DNA of 64,000 nt from the human T2T-CHM13v2.0 reference genome, Homo sapiens. A program made the position numbers and the translations under genes. Shown one piece after another: positions 16,300-29,317 of the stretch. A model generated the notes under the pieces. That model did not search any database. It was not told where the DNA came from and saw only the letters and a list, made by a program, of their open reading frames with translations. Location: NCBI RefSeq assembly GCF_009914755.1, contig NC_060936.1. The stretch is one strand, 5' to 3'. The stretch's first letter is position 1. Every line of letters begins with the position of its first letter.

Positions 16300-16900
16300 T
16301 GTGGTAGGCTGAAAACATGGCTCCCTAAAGATACCAGGTTCTAATCCCTGGAACCTGTAAATCTTACCTCATTGGGAAAAAGAGTCTCTTTACCGATGAG
16401 ATTAAGTTAAGGATCTTGAGACGGAAAGATTATTTTAGATTATCTAACAGGGCCCCAAAGGCAATCTTGTAAGAGGGAGGCAGAGGAGATTTGACACAGA
16501 AGGAAGAGAAGGAGGCCATGTCATTGCAGGGACCAATATTGGAGTGATACAGCCACAAACCAAGGAATGCTGGAGCCAGCAAAATCTGGAAGAGGCAAGG
16601 AATGGATTGTTCCCTACGGCCTCCAGAAGAAGCCAGCCCTGGCAACGGGATCCCCTGGTTCTCAGGCTTTGGACTCAGACTGAATTACAGCACTGGCTTT
16701 CCTGGTTCTCCATCTTGCAGATGGCATATGGTGGGACTTCTTGGTCTTCATAATCATGTGAGCCAATTCCCATAATAAATCTCCTCTCATGTATCTGTAT
16801 ATCTATACATCTATAGATAGATACAGATAGATAGATCTAACTAGCTAGCTAGATATAGACATATAGATCCTATTGGTTCTGTTTCTCTGGAGAACCTTAA
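16300..16900 (+). mobile_element. MLT1-type LTR 5' part (16300-16645) fused to MLT2-type LTR 3' part (16647-16900)
   Basis: TGTGGTAGGCTGAA..CCTGGAACCTGT..GATTAAGTTAAGGATCTTGAGA, followed by CTGGTTCTCAGGCTTTGGACTCAGACTG..GTGAGCCAATTCC..CCTATTGGTTCTGTTTCTCTGGAGAACC. Confidence 0.75.
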
Positions 16901-17674
16901 TTCAATGAGATTTGCATTTTAGAAGAATCATTCTGACTACAGACTGGGGAAGGAGTTGGAAGAGAGCTAGAAGGAATGCAAGGAGGTTTCCAGGAAACAA
17001 GAAGCAAGCAAGAGATAATGGTGATCTGGAATGCATTAGTGGCTGTGGTGATAGAAAGAAGGAAACAGATTGAAGAGATGTTAAGGGAAATGCATTGATA
17101 AAGCTAAGTAATTAATTGCATATGAGGGGAGAGAGGGAGGAAAGAGTCAAGCTGACTCCCAAGTTTCTGAATTCAGCAACTGGTTATTTTGCTATCTATT
17201 GAGAGAAGGAAATATTGGTGATGATTTAAGGTGAGAAAAGGGCTCATTTGAATTTGAGATGTCTGTGAGACATCCATGTCAAGACGTGTTCTCTGATTTT
17301 AAAAGCAATATGCATTTATAGTGCATTATTCAGAAAACAGAGAACATGGAAGAGAAAGAAAACATCACCTTTAACCCCACTACCCAGAAATGGCCACAGT
17401 TAATATATGGGCATACAGTCGTTCCTTTAAAGCTGTGTGCATGTGCCTACACACACACACAGACACACACACACTCATAAACACACACACATACACATAG
17501 GCACACACAAATATTAGGCTACTAATATTTTGTAGTGTATTTTCCCCTTAACAATGAATCATGGACATTTTTAAAGATATCATTCTTCTACATTATTATA
17601 TTCAATGGCCACATAGGATTTCATTATATAACTTGCTAAATTTGATTTAACCAAAGCCCTATTGTTATCAAAAT

Positions 17675-17965
17675 ATATTATGAGAAGATTTTTGGATAAT
17701 GAAACTATTCTGTATGTCATTATACATTTGTTGAAACCAATAGACTGAACAACACCAACAGTGAACACTAATTGTAAACTATGGACTTTGAGTGATAATG
17801 ATGTGTCATATGGGTTTGTTGACTGTGACAAATATACCAATCTGGTTTGAGATGTTGACAGTGAGGGAGGCTGTAAGTATGCAGGAGTAAGGGATACACG
17901 AGAACTCTCTGTATCTTCCACTCAGTTTTTCCAGGAACCTAAAATTGCTCTAAAAAGAAAGTCTA
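17675..17965 (+). mobile_element. L1MC-like 3' end
   Basis: GAAACTATTCTGTATG..TGTAAACTATGGACTTTG..GAACTCTCTGTA..CCTAAAATTGCTCTAAAA. Confidence 0.7.
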
Positions 17966-17966
<1 letters not shown>

Positions 17967-17998
<32 letters not shown>

Positions 17999-18034
17999 TG
18001 TGTCTGTGTGTGTCTGTGTCTGTGTGTCTGTGTG
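17967..18034. repeat. (TG)n microsatellite with TC interruptions
   Basis: Visible TG run. Confidence 0.95.
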
Positions 18035-18148
18035 CATAGACAGCGAACATCCTTGTATTTCTTTAAGATAAATTCCAGTAAATGGGGTTGTCTGTTCAAA
18101 GAGTATGCTCATTTAATATGTGCTTATTGGCCAAGCACATGTTCAATG

Positions 18149-18441
18149 AGGCATGGTGTCTCCTGCCTGTAATCCCAGCACTTTGGGAAGCCTAGGCAAG
18201 AGGGTGGAGGATCACTTGAGCCCAGGAATTTGAGACCAGCCTGGACAACATAGTGGGATTTTGTCTCTAAAAAATAAAAAAAAATTATCCAGGCGTGGTA
18301 GTGCATGCCTGTGGTCCCAGCTACTCCAGAGGCTGAGGCAGGAGGATCGCTTGAGCCTGGGAGGTCAAAGCTTTAGTGAGCCATAATCACACCACTACAC
18401 TCAAGCCTGGGTGACAGAGTGAGACCCCGTCTCAAAAAAAA
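18149..18441 (+). mobile_element. AluJ
   Basis: GAGCCCAGGAATTTGAG and GGAGGATCGCTTGAGCC diagnostics; short A-tail. Confidence 0.88.
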
Positions 18442-19257
18442 CCACATAGGCAAACTCAAGTTGCTTGTGTTACCAAATTGCCCTCCAGAAAGTATTTAAT
18501 AACTTACATTTTTACTAAGAGAGTACACTTGAGTTGATTTTTGATCCCTGACTCAACACAGCCCATTATTGCATTTCACTCTATACTTCCATTTATGCCA
18601 TCCTTAAAATGCTAAACATTATTGGATGCTTCTGTCAACAAAAACCCATTTTCTTAATCACAATGTAGTACCAAGTTCACCTTGTCTTTTGATTACCAGC
18701 TAGTTCCATCTCTGAGAAAATGTATGCCATGCTAATTTGTCTTTATTTAAAATTTCAAAGAAGTTCTCACGTGGATCCCAGATGTCGACCACTTAATGCA
18801 AGAAAGTGTTTCCTCATTATACAAATATGGTATGTGTCCAAAATACTGGCGTTGTTTAATGAATCACTTAAAATAACTACATCACAAAAAAACAATGGCT
18901 CACGTGTGAGTCATAATTTAAACAATGCCAATTTTTTGATGTGTACCACATTTGTATAATAGGGAAACACCTTCTTGGATTAAATGATCAACATCTGGAA
19001 TCCATGTGAGGGCTTTGAAAAATTAGCATTGTATTTTCTTAAATTTTCCCAGTATAGAAAGAAATCCAAACGGGAGGAAACTTTTACAACAATTTGTGTA
19101 TCCCAGATATTCTTGCAAGTAGTGCGTTGCGTGGTTGGTACAAAAGCTGAAGTCAAAGCAATATTAGTCAAGTTCCATGACAAGGACTGCCAAGGAAGTC
19201 TAAGTCTTTTGCTTTTGTTCATTCTAAGCCTTTTCCTCTGATATTGTAGAATATGAT

Positions 19258-19725
19258 TGTAGGAGGTTGACTAGTGGTCACCCCCACAAAAAATGTGTCA
19301 TGTCCTGAGCCCTGGAAGATGTGAATGTAAGCTCATTTGAGAAAAGGGTCTTTGCAGGTGCTATTAAGTAAGGACTCTTGACACATGATCATCTGGATTT
19401 AGGGTTGGCTCTAAATCCAATGCCAGGTGTCCTTTTAAGAGAAAGGCATAGGGACATTTGGGACACAGACACATAGGGAGAACACATAGGAGAGAAAACC
19501 ATATGGAGTCAGAGGTAGACAATGCAGTCGTGCAACCTCAGGTCAAAGAATGCCTGGAGCTGGAGCTAGAGCTACCAACAGCTGGAAAAAGCAGCCTCCT
19601 GGATGCATCAGAGGGAGCATGGCCCTTCTGACACCTTGATTTTTGGTGTCTTTCCTCTACCACTGTGAGAGAATAAATTACTGTTGTTTGTGGTAATTGT
19701 TGCAACAGACCTAGGAAACTACAAT
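19258..19725 (+). mobile_element. MaLR LTR (MLT1B/C-like)
   Basis: GGGTCTTTGCAG..TCTAAATCCAATG..GGTGTCCTT..CAGAGGGAGCATGGCCC..GAGAGAATAAATT..GGTAATTGTTGCAACAG. Confidence 0.75.
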
Positions 19726-22700
19726 GCCTATTCAGTATTTGATTGACATGGCATTCATAGTGAAATAATGAGATATACATTATGTATTAATTATATCACT
19801 ATTTATTCAAATTTGGCATGCCTGGTTTTTGGCTTTTGACTAATATCAAGGACTTGATGTTTCTGCTTTAGGTGTAAATAACATTAAATATTTCCCAGCT
19901 CCCTTTTAACCTTGGAACGTTCTGATCCTGAAAGACTCTCCCCTTCTGCTATTTAAGCAACTTGGAGAGAAAATCCATAAATTTGTAACAAGTGAGAGAT
20001 TCGAAACTAAATAGGCAAACCAGACTTATCACCTCAGGCTTTGGAGTGGTGACAGATGCCAGATCCCCATTAGTTTGCTTGACTCCTGTCCACTTTGTAG
20101 ACAATAATACATATTCAGACAGCTGAATAATGTATCAGTTTGACTACAAAGCACAATAAAACAGAGGAATATTTTCCCACATTATCATGTTTGCTGCTGG
20201 CTATGGACTCAAATCCAAGTGTGTACACTCTCTTGAATTTTGAATGGATGGGATATGTTTTGATAAGCTTTATGGTGGCTTTTTGGAAGAGACTTTCCCT
20301 TTGGTGTGTTTGATACACTATATTTAACACCACTAAAAGTATAATCCCAAATTTCTTCAGTTTTCATTCTAAGTCTTATGTTTGCTGGGGCTTCATTTAG
20401 TTCAAATAAACGATAAACATCAGATTACTTAAGTGTATTCTACGGTACAAAAGCCCATGATTATTCTTTCTGTGACCCATCATCTCCTAGCCCCACACCC
20501 TGGTCCACCTCAAGAAGTGAAGGAGCTACAAGGGGATATTACACAGCTGTCATAAACAGTTTCAAGTAATTTTTAATGACATGGGGCAATGTTCTGTGTA
20601 CAAAATTGAGTAAAAAATAGTACAATGAACTGGATATACACTATGGTCCAAATTTGTGTAGACACACATAATTACATATATATACATTCAAAAAATGACT
20701 GAAAATGTTTCACAAAAGAGCTAAGTTGGCTATCTCCAGATGGTGGAATTACATATGAACTTTACTTTGTTAGCTATATTTTCAAGTGTGCTTCTTTATA
20801 ACCAGAAATAATAACGTAATAGAACTGAAGTAGTAGCTGGAAACTAAGGGCCATCTTTGTTAGACTATTGCTATGTCTTTAGGGTAGTTGCTTATTTCAG
20901 AAATTGTTTGTAAAGGACATAAATTAATTCTGCAAAATTTTCCATATGTATTCAAGAACATTCATCCTGATATCCCCCCGCTTGCATTATTTGCTTTTTC
21001 TTCTCTCGTCCCACTTACCATAGGTATAGGCTGATCTGAGGCTGAGAAGGTGGAAAGAAAAATAGAAATAGGGTACACCTTGAACAAAGGGAAGCTACTG
21101 AATTCTTCCCTGGACTCTCTGGCTACTTTTGGGTCCACTGTGGCCTGAATGGAGGAGGGACAGCACAGGAAAGCAGCAGGGTCAAGCGAGCTTGCATTTT
21201 TCTGCATGGTGGATCATGGAAGAACCTTGCATTGCAAATGGAAGATGAGGTATTGGAGGAGTCAGGAGCTTATTTTTTGCCCCAAATTCACTGGATCCCA
21301 TCACCAGCGGCATGGAAAATGTCACAGAATTTCTTCTTGGCAAGAAGACTAGATTATAAGCTCCTTGAGGTCAAGAACCAGGCGCTTCATCATACTTGTT
21401 TACATAGAGCTAGGATAAGGCTTCACACATAGTACCCAGTAAGTGCTGAAATTTAGAAAGAAAAAATATTTTGAGGAATTTCAGATAGCCGAAACGCAGT
21501 GTCTAACAAGCTTATGTATGCAATAGAATAGGCTTCATGGAACCATTAGTCATCAAGGGAGGGGTCATGCAGCACACTGGGGAGTATGTAGTTTTTAAAG
21601 GAATGCATCAGAAAGTGGAGTGAAGGGGGCCAGAAAGAACACTTGTGGCTTGGACAAACATGTTTAATTGTGACTTGTATTTGAAAAGTGAACAAAAGTG
21701 TATATTAATGATTCTTGAGAGGTGTGGTGTGGCAGGATTTTGAAGCAGTATGTATGAAGTTTATGTCCAAATCTGAGTACATATCCAAAACTGGTTGGAA
21801 GGTATGACATGTTCATGGACATGCACTTTTATAGTTTGAGAACCACTGGACTGAATAATTGTGTTCCCCATTCAAACCACCATATTACTAAGAAAATAGA
21901 ACTGCCCTTTAAACATTAATGATCATGGTCTTCGTTGTCTCCAGAGCCAGTGATGATCCCCAACCTGTTTATATATTTCCAACACTAAGTATTTATCTTT
22001 CTGAAAGCTTAGGGGATAATGCTCACCATTTTTTTCTCATCTGATTAAGATCCTTTCGACAATTTTTTTTTTAGTTAAAATGCTTCAGCTCCAGGCTTGT
22101 ATGGCCCTGGCTCTCACTACAGCACTATTTGTCTGGAAAGCAGACAACAAATCTACCAATATGTGACCAACTGAAGAAAAGGAGTCTGCATCTAGATGGC
22201 AGAGAAAAATACATAATTACATGAGGGGAGGAAGGATGGTTAGCAGAGCACAAGAGAGAAGGGAGACCCTTCAACAGGATAGGGGGCTCAGCCACTCTCT
22301 CCAGCCATTCAGGGAAGTGAAGGCAAAGTGAAAGCACACCAGGCATACATATGTGTACTGTGTGTGTATCTTTGTGTGTGTTTCCTAAGTACCAGTAATA
22401 TATCCATCTAAAGCATACTTTTCCTAAGTGTTAATACATTCCAAAGTGGAAAACAATTAAAAGCTTGATTTGTCTATTTGAATATCAAGCTAATTTTACA
22501 GTGAGATGCCTCTGCTGGGTCTTAGATGCCTCTGCTGGGTTAGACCCCAAGGGAAGATCATTTAAGAACCAATGAGCCCAACCTGTGTTATCAGATGGCC
22601 ATGACAGAGGTGTCTCTTATTTGATTTTCAAGTTATTCTCAAGAAACACTGACCACAGATAAGCATTTTATGATTTTAGCAGTGAGTGATATATATATAC

Positions 22701-23009
22701 ACACACACGTATATATATACACACATATATATATATATGATAACAGTGATCATGCTTAAACACTCCTATGGGACTATTTTCTATAGAGGCTTCATAGTTG
22801 AAGGATTTTGTAATTCCTTAATTTCCTTAAAATTCAAAATCTAATAGAAAAGACAATCCTGAAGATAAAATCATTCCCCAAGTAAGATGGTAAATCTTCT
22901 GAATTTCTTTAATAAGTCTCACTGCAATCCGCAAAATGTATCTCTTACAATGCATCCCATAGCTGTGTGAATACATCACACTGGTATGCAATCCCCACAT
23001 GGTTGGTAA

Positions 23010-23240
23010 GATTCCAAGATTCAAAACTTGAGTGTCAGGGTTCAAATCCCATTTATTAACTTAATGATCTTGGATTATCACCCCAACCATACTCTGCCTT
23101 AGTTTCCTTGTCTGGGTAACAGGAATCCTGATAGTAATTACCGTCTACATCATAGGGTTATTGCCATGAGGATTAGATGAGCTAATCCACCCTAAATGCT
23201 TAGCACAGTCTCTAGCACATAGGAAGTACCCTATAAATGT
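23010..23240 (+). mobile_element. MIR
   Basis: GGGTTCAAATCCC..GCCTTAGTTTCCTTGTCTG..CATAGGGTTATTG..GAGGATTAGATGAG..GCTTAGCACAGT. Confidence 0.7.
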
Positions 23241-23299
23241 AAATGAGGTTAACATTATAAGAATAGAAACCATACTATAAATCATTTTAAGACAGGTTT

Positions 23300-24895
23300 T
23301 AAATTTTAACTTTTGTCAGCAGATCCCTGCTCCCATTCCCCACAATGAGGCACTGAGACACACTTCTAAAATGACTTTTAAGTAAAAGATCATGTGGTAA
23401 AGACACAGGTTGACATACCAAGTCCAATTCTATTCGTACAAAATAATTTCCTGCTGTTGATTAAAACCGTTATCTCCTGAAATATCTTTTCTAAACACTA
23501 AACCCTCAAAAGACGTTAACTTCTCAGACTCTAGTGGAGTTCAGCAAATTAGAAGCCACCATCATTATGCAGCTTACTCACTAACAAAATGCCACTTAAT
23601 GAACTTCTGATAGTGTTTCTTGTCCACAGATTGATAAGAGTTTAATGCAAAACCACATCATTTCCTATTTTTGTTTCATTTCCTTCAAAGTGAAACATAA
23701 TTTCTTCTTGGTCCTGGAGTAAAAACTTCTGGATTAACTCAGCAAATCGTTACCAGAAATGCAATTTTAGAAAGATACAATTTCAGGGTAGTCAAAAAAC
23801 ACAAAACATCTGTGTGGTGTTTGTTAATACATAAAAATAACCTGATATATAAAGTGTATGCCACCTAAGTGGAAAATTGAGTCCCTAACTAGAAGCGCAA
23901 ACAGAAATCATCATTGATTCTGTTAGTATTGTGGTTTTAAGTCCAGTTAGAAAAATTTTAAGAACTGTGACACCACGGCTTTCTTTAGTCTTAGCCAGAG
24001 GTCACAAACTTCTTGGCATAGACATTTTGTTTGGCCAATACAGTATTTGAAAAATTACTTGACTCAAATATCTCTGGGTGGGCCATACCCTCTATTTACC
24101 TGACAGGCTCTTAAAGGCATTTTATTTTGCAAACCCTGGTCTAGGCCCATCTTTACAGAGAAGAGATCAAAAAATAATTATTAGTTAAATGGGTCTCTCC
24201 CTCATGATGGCCCGATGGTCCAGAGACTTGGAGATTAAGGATACTAATAGTTATATACAGAAATTCTTCTAATTTGCTTGTTAGGTTCATTTTAAATATA
24301 TATTCTCAGTGTATGTATCTAGCAGTGGCTCATTTGTTGAGGACTGCTGAGCTAAGGTGTTAAAATTCACTTACAGCTGGATACCAAAAGAAGTCAGAAA
24401 ATAGAGAATTTTTAAAAACATGTTTTTGGGGTATGAAAGTTTGCACTAAAGTCCAAATTTTACATTATTTTCAAAAAGTTAATAACATTCTGTCAATGGT
24501 AGTTTTCTTCACATAAAAGGAAGTGAATTTACTCAATGCAATAGTTAAAGAGAAACTAGTTTCTACTAATACATTTTAATGGATATTTATGTATATACAC
24601 ACACATAGAGACAAACACATATATACACATACTCAGAGCAGGGACCGAGCCAGCTGTTGCTCTCCTTCTTTTCAGTTCTGTCATACTTGCTGGGAGATTC
24701 TATTCCACTTACAAATTAAGCCTGAGTCTAGGGCCAAACAAGAGAACACTAGAGTGGGTTTCCTAAAGCATTAGTTCATACATCGCTCCAAAGTTGTTAG
24801 GCTCTAAGCACTGATGAGGTACAAGCTAGCTGGCATTAGAGTCCAGATGTTACTATTAAGCGTTCTTTTAAATGAACACGGAGGAATGCTTCCAT
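23300..24895 (-). other. DBX2: DBX2 3' UTR (distal end uncertain)
   Basis: Largely unique AU-rich sequence after the stop codon. Candidate hexamers on the minus strand: ATTAAA 24580-24575, AATAAA 24126-24121, ATTAAA 23646-23641. A MIR lies below ~23240. The end point cannot be proven from sequence. Confidence 0.5.
23996..24138. mobile_element. hAT MITE remnant (MER102-like) inside the 3' UTR
   Basis: Imperfect TIRs CAGAGGTCACAAA / TTTGCAAACCCTG with 8-bp flanks GTCTTAGC / GTCTAGGC. Confidence 0.5.
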
Positions 24896-25228
24896 TCAGA
24901 CAGCCCCAGTAAGTACACCCTTGCTTCCAGCTTCTTCTTCAGAACATAAATATAAGGCACCTTGCAGTGAATTTGCTTCTGGGGGTGGTGCCCCTGAACT
25001 CTCCTGGATTAGTCTTTCTGAAGGTTCTGGAGAATTCTCCCTCCATCTTGGACTTGAGTGCTGTTGGGGGACGTCCCATATTGAAGGACATGGAGAAGGG
25101 AAACCCAGAGCAGACCGTGAGAGGGGATCCTCTTGAAGACCTACTTCTTGGATACACCTGTTGGAAAGCACTTCCTTTTCTTTGGAATTCCGCCATTTCA
25201 TCCTCCTGTTCTGAAACCAAATTTTCAC
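24896..25228 (-). CDS. DBX2: DBX2 coding exon 4 (homeodomain recognition helix VKIWFQNRRMKW plus acidic/Pro-rich C-terminus)
   Basis: Acceptor ttttgtcaatag|GTG, phase 0. Stop TGA at 24898-24896. Matches ORF 24896..25228. Confidence 0.97.
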   Translation of the reverse strand: MKIWFQNRRMKWRNSKEKEVLSNRCIQEVGLQEDPLSRSALGFPSPCPSIWDVPQQHSSPRWRENSPEPSERLIQESSGAPPPEANSLQGALYLCSEEEAGSKGVLTGAV

Positions 25229-25397
25229 CTATTGACAAAATAATTGCACAAAATGATCACTTATTCCAGGTTATTTTACTTCAGCATTTTAAACTGTAAT
25301 TGCTTCTACTATCCCTTCTACAGAATACCTTATTATGACAGCCAACCTCAAAAAGTCCTTGTGGCTTTTCACATGGGCTCCTTCAAAAATATCCCAT

Positions 25398-25695
25398 TGT
25401 ATTTTATTTTATTATTATTTTTTTTGAGATGGGGTCTCTCTCTGTCACCCTGGTGCAATCTCAGCTCACTGCAACCTCCGCCACCCAGGCTCAAGCAATC
25501 CTCCCATCTCAGCTTCCTGAGTAGCTAGGATGACAGGCATGCACCACCATAACCGGCTAATTTTTATATTTTTTTTGTACAGACAGGGTTTCATCATGTT
25601 GCCCAGGCTGGTCTTGAACTCCTGAGCTCAAACAATCTGCCCGCCTTGGCCCCCAAAAGTGCTGAGATTACAGGTGTGAGCCACCACGCCCTGCC
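25398..25695 (-). mobile_element. AluJ in intron 3
   Basis: Antisense Alu (GGCTCAAGCAATCCTCCC, CTCCTGAGCTCAA). Diverged TSD beginning AAAAATATC on both sides. Confidence 0.88.
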
Positions 25696-26919
25696 AAAAA
25701 TATCTTAATCTAATATCCCCATACACACATTTGAAACAAAACAACTGTGATAAGTTGGTTACACCCTGTAAGTCTGATAGCTTTCAAAATTCATTTAACT
25801 CTTATATATTTTAAAACATCATCTAGTCTGTGCTGAATTATTTATTCAAAGGAAATATATGGGCTAGTATTAGCATCTGAGTGTTTATTTTGTGCCAGGC
25901 ATCAGGCTATGCACTCGGGATAGATTTTATAATTTGATCGTCACAATGGCTGTAAGAAGTCCTCATTTCACATGTTAAAAAAACTGAAGTTTGGAGACAT
26001 TAGCTTATGGTCACAAAGCTAGTGAAATGGAAGCACTGAGACTAGAATCCATGATTGTCTGACTCCAGGGTCCAGGCTCTTATAAACAATCAGACCTCAT
26101 CAGGAGCTTTCTGAGACTAAATTAAGAATCCATTTTGTAATGCTTTGATAAATTGCAGGCTTTATACAGTTTCCAAGTCTTGATTACTCCCAGGATTTAT
26201 CAAACTGTAAGAATTAAGCTCAATAAATAACAACTAATTGTAATTAAGCCAAAAGTGCTTATGATGGTGGTTCCTAATTTGAACCATATCTTCCTCCAAC
26301 CCAAAAGAGGTTAGTCTTTATTACAAACCTCCCTCTTTATACACTGTGTAGTCAACTGTGCCTGAGCTGAAAACTTCACAACTGGTTTCCTGGAATCTTA
26401 AAAGCCAATCATGTTTTTTCCTGTGTATTGCATCACATCCTTACACTAACAATTTAGTTGATTTCTATTTTTAAAACAAAAACTAGAAAATTTTTACCCA
26501 AAGAAATAATTATTATAGCATATCAACCAAGTATTTCTCTCAGTGAAGAAAAAAATTCTATCTAAGGCTCTCATTCCAGATTGGCAAAACAATTTCTTCA
26601 TTCTTTTTACTTGATTGGCAATGTTCAAAATGGCAACAAAAAAAATCTACCCCAGGCAATTCAGTGCAAAAGACTGTCATCTCAGTTACAACACCATGAT
26701 TAAGGCTTTTCATACGAAAACAGAACTAATGTGTACATACCAGAGTACTTGGTTCTATTCATTAACTCATTTATTGTTTGCAGTGGGCATTTACTCCTAG
26801 AAAGCATGCCAAGTATTTCTAATGGGTTTTCACTGAGACAGTTTTTTGTTTTCATTAGTGATTCTTGCCTTTGTCATCACATTTGTTATTTCCTCTTCTC
26901 TTAGCTTTTCTGTATATCT

Positions 26920-29260
26920 ATAAATATTTGTTGTCAAGTGATATCTCAAAGAAAAAATACATAAAAGGAGTTTCCTCACAATCAATGGTGTTGAGACAAA
27001 TGCATATTTGGGGAGTAACATAAAAGTTCTACCTCTCAAGAAATGCAAAAACAAATTCCAGATAGATTAAATAGCTAAATATAAAAACGAAACTGCAAAA
27101 GTTTTAAAAGAAAATAGAGATTATCATGATAGTCTTGGGGAAACGAATGTTTTCATAAGCATGACATAAAACAGAGGATACATGGAAAAGATAAAAAGGA
27201 GCTGAATACATAAAAATGAGAAATTTCTGTACAAACATATGAAAAAGCCAAAAACTACCCAACAAAACTAAAAGCAAGAAATCTAAATGATATTTGTACA
27301 CCCATATTCGCAGCAGCATTATTCACAATAGCCAAAAATGGGAAGCAACCAAGCATCTAGGAACAGATAAATGGATAAATAAAATGTGGTATATACATAC
27401 AAAGGAATACTATTCAGCCTTGAAAAGGAAGGAAATTCTGGCACATGCTACAACAGAAATGAACCTTGAGGATATTATTCTAAGTAAAACAGGCCAGGAT
27501 AAAAGTACAAATGCCATATTACTCCACTCATATGAGAGCCTTAGAATAGTCATTAATAGAAACATAAAGTAGAATAGTGGGTGCCAGGAGGTGGGGGAGG
27601 GGGAAATGGTGAGTTATTGTTTAATGGATAGAGTTTCAGTTTTACAAGATGAAAAAATTTCTGGAGATGAATGGTCGTGATGGTTTCACAACAGTGTCAG
27701 TGTACTTAATGTCACTGAACTGAACACTTAAAAAAAGGTTAAAATGATAAATTCTGCTATGCATATTTTACCTCAATAAAAAAAAGCCACAAACTTAGAA
27801 AGGACTTTTGCAACATCTGAAACAGGAAAAATATACTAACCATAATATTCCAAAATTCTTGACTAACAGCCAAAGTATTGCTACATATCAATAAAAAGAC
27901 AATATGATAGAAAAAAAGATGCAGCCATGAAAAGGCCAATTCACAGACTACAAATGGCCAATAAAACAAATAAAAGCCCCTCACGTTCTGGTAGTTAGGA
28001 AAATTCAAATCGAAAAATAACAAATAGCATTGCCCATGAGAGTGGCAACATTTTTAAAATCATAAATGGTGGAGCTTTTGCAAAAAGGGACTATTTGTTA
28101 GTAAGAGTGAAATTTTCATATGTCAGTATCTAATTTGATACAATATTGTATTTGGAAAGGAATTTTTAATCTTCTACATTTTAAATGTACACACACTTTT
28201 ACACATAAATCCCACTCACACTCTCTTACAAAATATTTTTAAAGTGCATAAAAATTTGTGATAGTGAAAATTGGAAGTAACTTAAAATTGACGATGGTGA
28301 AATGATGGTCTGTTATGAAAGACAAAAAAGAATGAAGTAGATCTGTATGTACTGACATGGAAGGAAGCAATCCATAATATTCAAAAAGGAAAAAAGCACC
28401 AAACAATACACATTATCAGTAGCATTATTCACAATAGCCCAAAACTGAGAACAATACACATGCCCACCATCGGTAAATGGATGAATTGTGGTATACTACA
28501 TAATGGTAGTACTACACAGCAAGGAATACGCATGAGCTTTTACTACACACAACATGAAGATTCTCACAAACATACTGTTAAGTAAAAGAAGCATATATGA
28601 TTCTATTTACATAAATTACTGAATACTTTTTTAAATTTGTTAATAGCTTTATTGAGCCTATAATTCACATACCATACAATTCACCCATTTAAAATGTACA
28701 ATGCAATGGTTTTCATATATTCACAGATAATGCAACCATCACCAATTTTAGAACATTTTCATCACCTCAAAAGGAAATCCCACACCCTTTAGCTATCTCT
28801 ATTCTATTCCCTGTTTCCCCCAGCCCTAAGCAGATTCATCTGCTTCCTGTCTGTATAGATTTCCCCATTCTGGACTTTCAAATTAACGGAATCATATAAT
28901 ATGTGGTCCTTGTAACTGAGTTCTTTCACTCAGTATAATATTTTCAAGGTTCATCCATATTGTAGCATTATCAGTAAGTACTTCATTCTTTTTTATGGGC
29001 AAATAATATTCCACTATATGGATATACCACATTTTGTCTACACACTGAGTAATACTACTTATATAAAAGTACAAAAAGAGGCAAAACTAAGAAGTTAGAA
29101 GTTAGGATAGAGGATACCCTTGGAAGGAGCAGATAGTGAGTGGGAGGGGATACCTGGGGGATCTTCTGGCTTCTACTGCTAGATCTGTGAGCTGGATATA
29201 CAGGTGATTTGTACTGTTCTTTAGAAAATGTCAAAGTACATGCACAATATGATTAGATTT
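26920..29260. mobile_element. Nested old L1M fragments (L1MB-like on + at 27280-27785; on - at ~28630-29045)
   Basis: CAGCATTATTCACAATAGCCAAAA..ATGGATAAATAAAATGTGGTATATACA..GAACCTTGAGG motifs on +, and their reverse complement at 28.6-29.0 kb. Confidence 0.75.
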
Positions 29261-29285
29261 TTATGTATGTATATGTATATATATG

Positions 29286-29317
<32 letters not shown>

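Noticed and set aside
22504-22540. 17-bp repeat AGATGCCTCTGCTGGGT (period 20)
   Set aside because: An ordinary small tandem duplication with no further structure.
24921-25299. Antisense and alternative-frame ORFs over exon 4
   Set aside because: Shadows of the DBX2 coding exon.
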